A DNA stretch of 64,000 nucleotides from Gekko japonicus (lineage: Eukaryota): contig NW_015161972.1 in NCBI RefSeq assembly GCF_001447785.1, forward strand, positions 162,030-226,029, written 5' to 3'. This document shows, piece after piece, positions 63,195 to 64,000 of this stretch. The notes beneath the pieces are model-generated. The model made no database searches, was not told the origin of the DNA, and saw only the letters and a list, made by a program, of their open reading frames with translations. The first letter of the stretch is position 1. Each line of letters opens with the position of its first letter. The translations under genes and the position numbers were made by a program.

Positions 63195-63284
63195 CCCCCT
63201 CCTCCCGGGGAACTGACCTCTGTCACCAGGAGATCAACTGTAATTCCAAGAAATCTCCAGGCACCACCTGGAGGCTAGCAAGCC
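63195..63284 (-). mobile_element. Blackjack-like MITE family B fragment
   Basis: GGAACTGACCTCTG..CCAGGAGATCAACTGTAATTCC...CACCTGGAGGCTAGCAA is the reverse of the 56674 copy's left half. Confidence 0.65.
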
Positions 63285-64000
63285 ACTCATTGACCTCACT
63301 GGACTGGAGTAACTCTGCATGATTGCTGTGTACATTTGTTCACATCCTCCTGCCCATGTTCTAAATTTCAAAAGACCTCCAAATTATTGACTTCATCAAT
63401 GCAGGTATTACACTCTGCAGAACAAACCCTGCATCTGTCTTCATCACACTTGTCCATCGGCATACTGAGATTTGTAGGAAAATGGCACGTACTGTGTTTT
63501 TTCTCCCTTGAATAAGGATCTGTTTACATTTTGTGGTCTGTATAAAACAAGTTTACTTATTTAACTTGGGGAGGGTAAGGAGACAGAAATAGTTTGCCCG
63601 TGTCTGTAGCTGATTCAAACATGCAAAAATCGGATACTTGCCCAACCATTGCCTGGAATGCATACACAAACCTCTCATTATTCCTTTTGAGTCAAGATTA
63701 CAATAATCCCCTTGACTCTAGCTTAGTGATTGCAATGTGTGTCTGGGGGGGGGGGGGGTTAGTCACATAAAAGCTCATGCAACAGTCATGTCATAATTGT
63801 GCTTCACTAGGACTAATTCATAATTCAAATGGTGTGTAAGACTCATATGGCCAAATATTGTTCTAATACAGAAAGCTGATACCAATATACAAACCTATAC
63901 ACACACACAATTTTTTTTAAAAAAAGTTACAACTCCATAATTATGGAAGAATCTCAAAGTGTTTCAAACCTTGAAGGAAATAATTTTTATGTCAAGACGA

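Noticed and set aside
53895-64000. Next CHN2 exon (VHTFRGPHWCEYCANF...)
   Set aside because: No matching codons found by eye. It probably lies beyond the window, as does the preceding beta2 exon.

Overview
Vertebrate (squamate, most likely gecko) genomic DNA. The window is almost entirely intron of the beta-chimaerin gene CHN2 on the + strand. The only host coding sequence I can support is 53649-53894, the beta1-chimaerin first coding exon. Its last 78 nt (53817-53894) double as the internal exon used by beta2-chimaerin. Neither flanking CHN2 exon was found in the window. The rest is a dense, often nested set of mobile elements: CR1 and L2 LINEs; Sauria, Squam3-like, 5S-derived and other tRNA SINEs; a rearranged Gypsy element; several solo LTRs; DIRS/Ngaro-type fragments; an internally deleted hAT transposon that keeps a BED zinc-finger ORF; many hAT and PIF/Harbinger MITEs; and Penelope-like remnants. 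The best leads are (i) a 120-codon stop-free in-frame extension upstream of the beta1 start, with in-phase splice acceptors and uORFs, (ii) an orphan structured leader, possibly an L1 5'UTR, replacing the middle of a Gypsy pol gene, (iii) the hAT BED-finger ORF and an exact 453-bp tandem duplication just upstream of the beta1 exon, and (iv) a MITE family spreading ETS-CRE motifs. I found no prokaryote-type system (no CRISPR, rRNA or tRNA gene) and cannot claim a proven novel system. Repeat family names come from recalled consensus features, not a database search.
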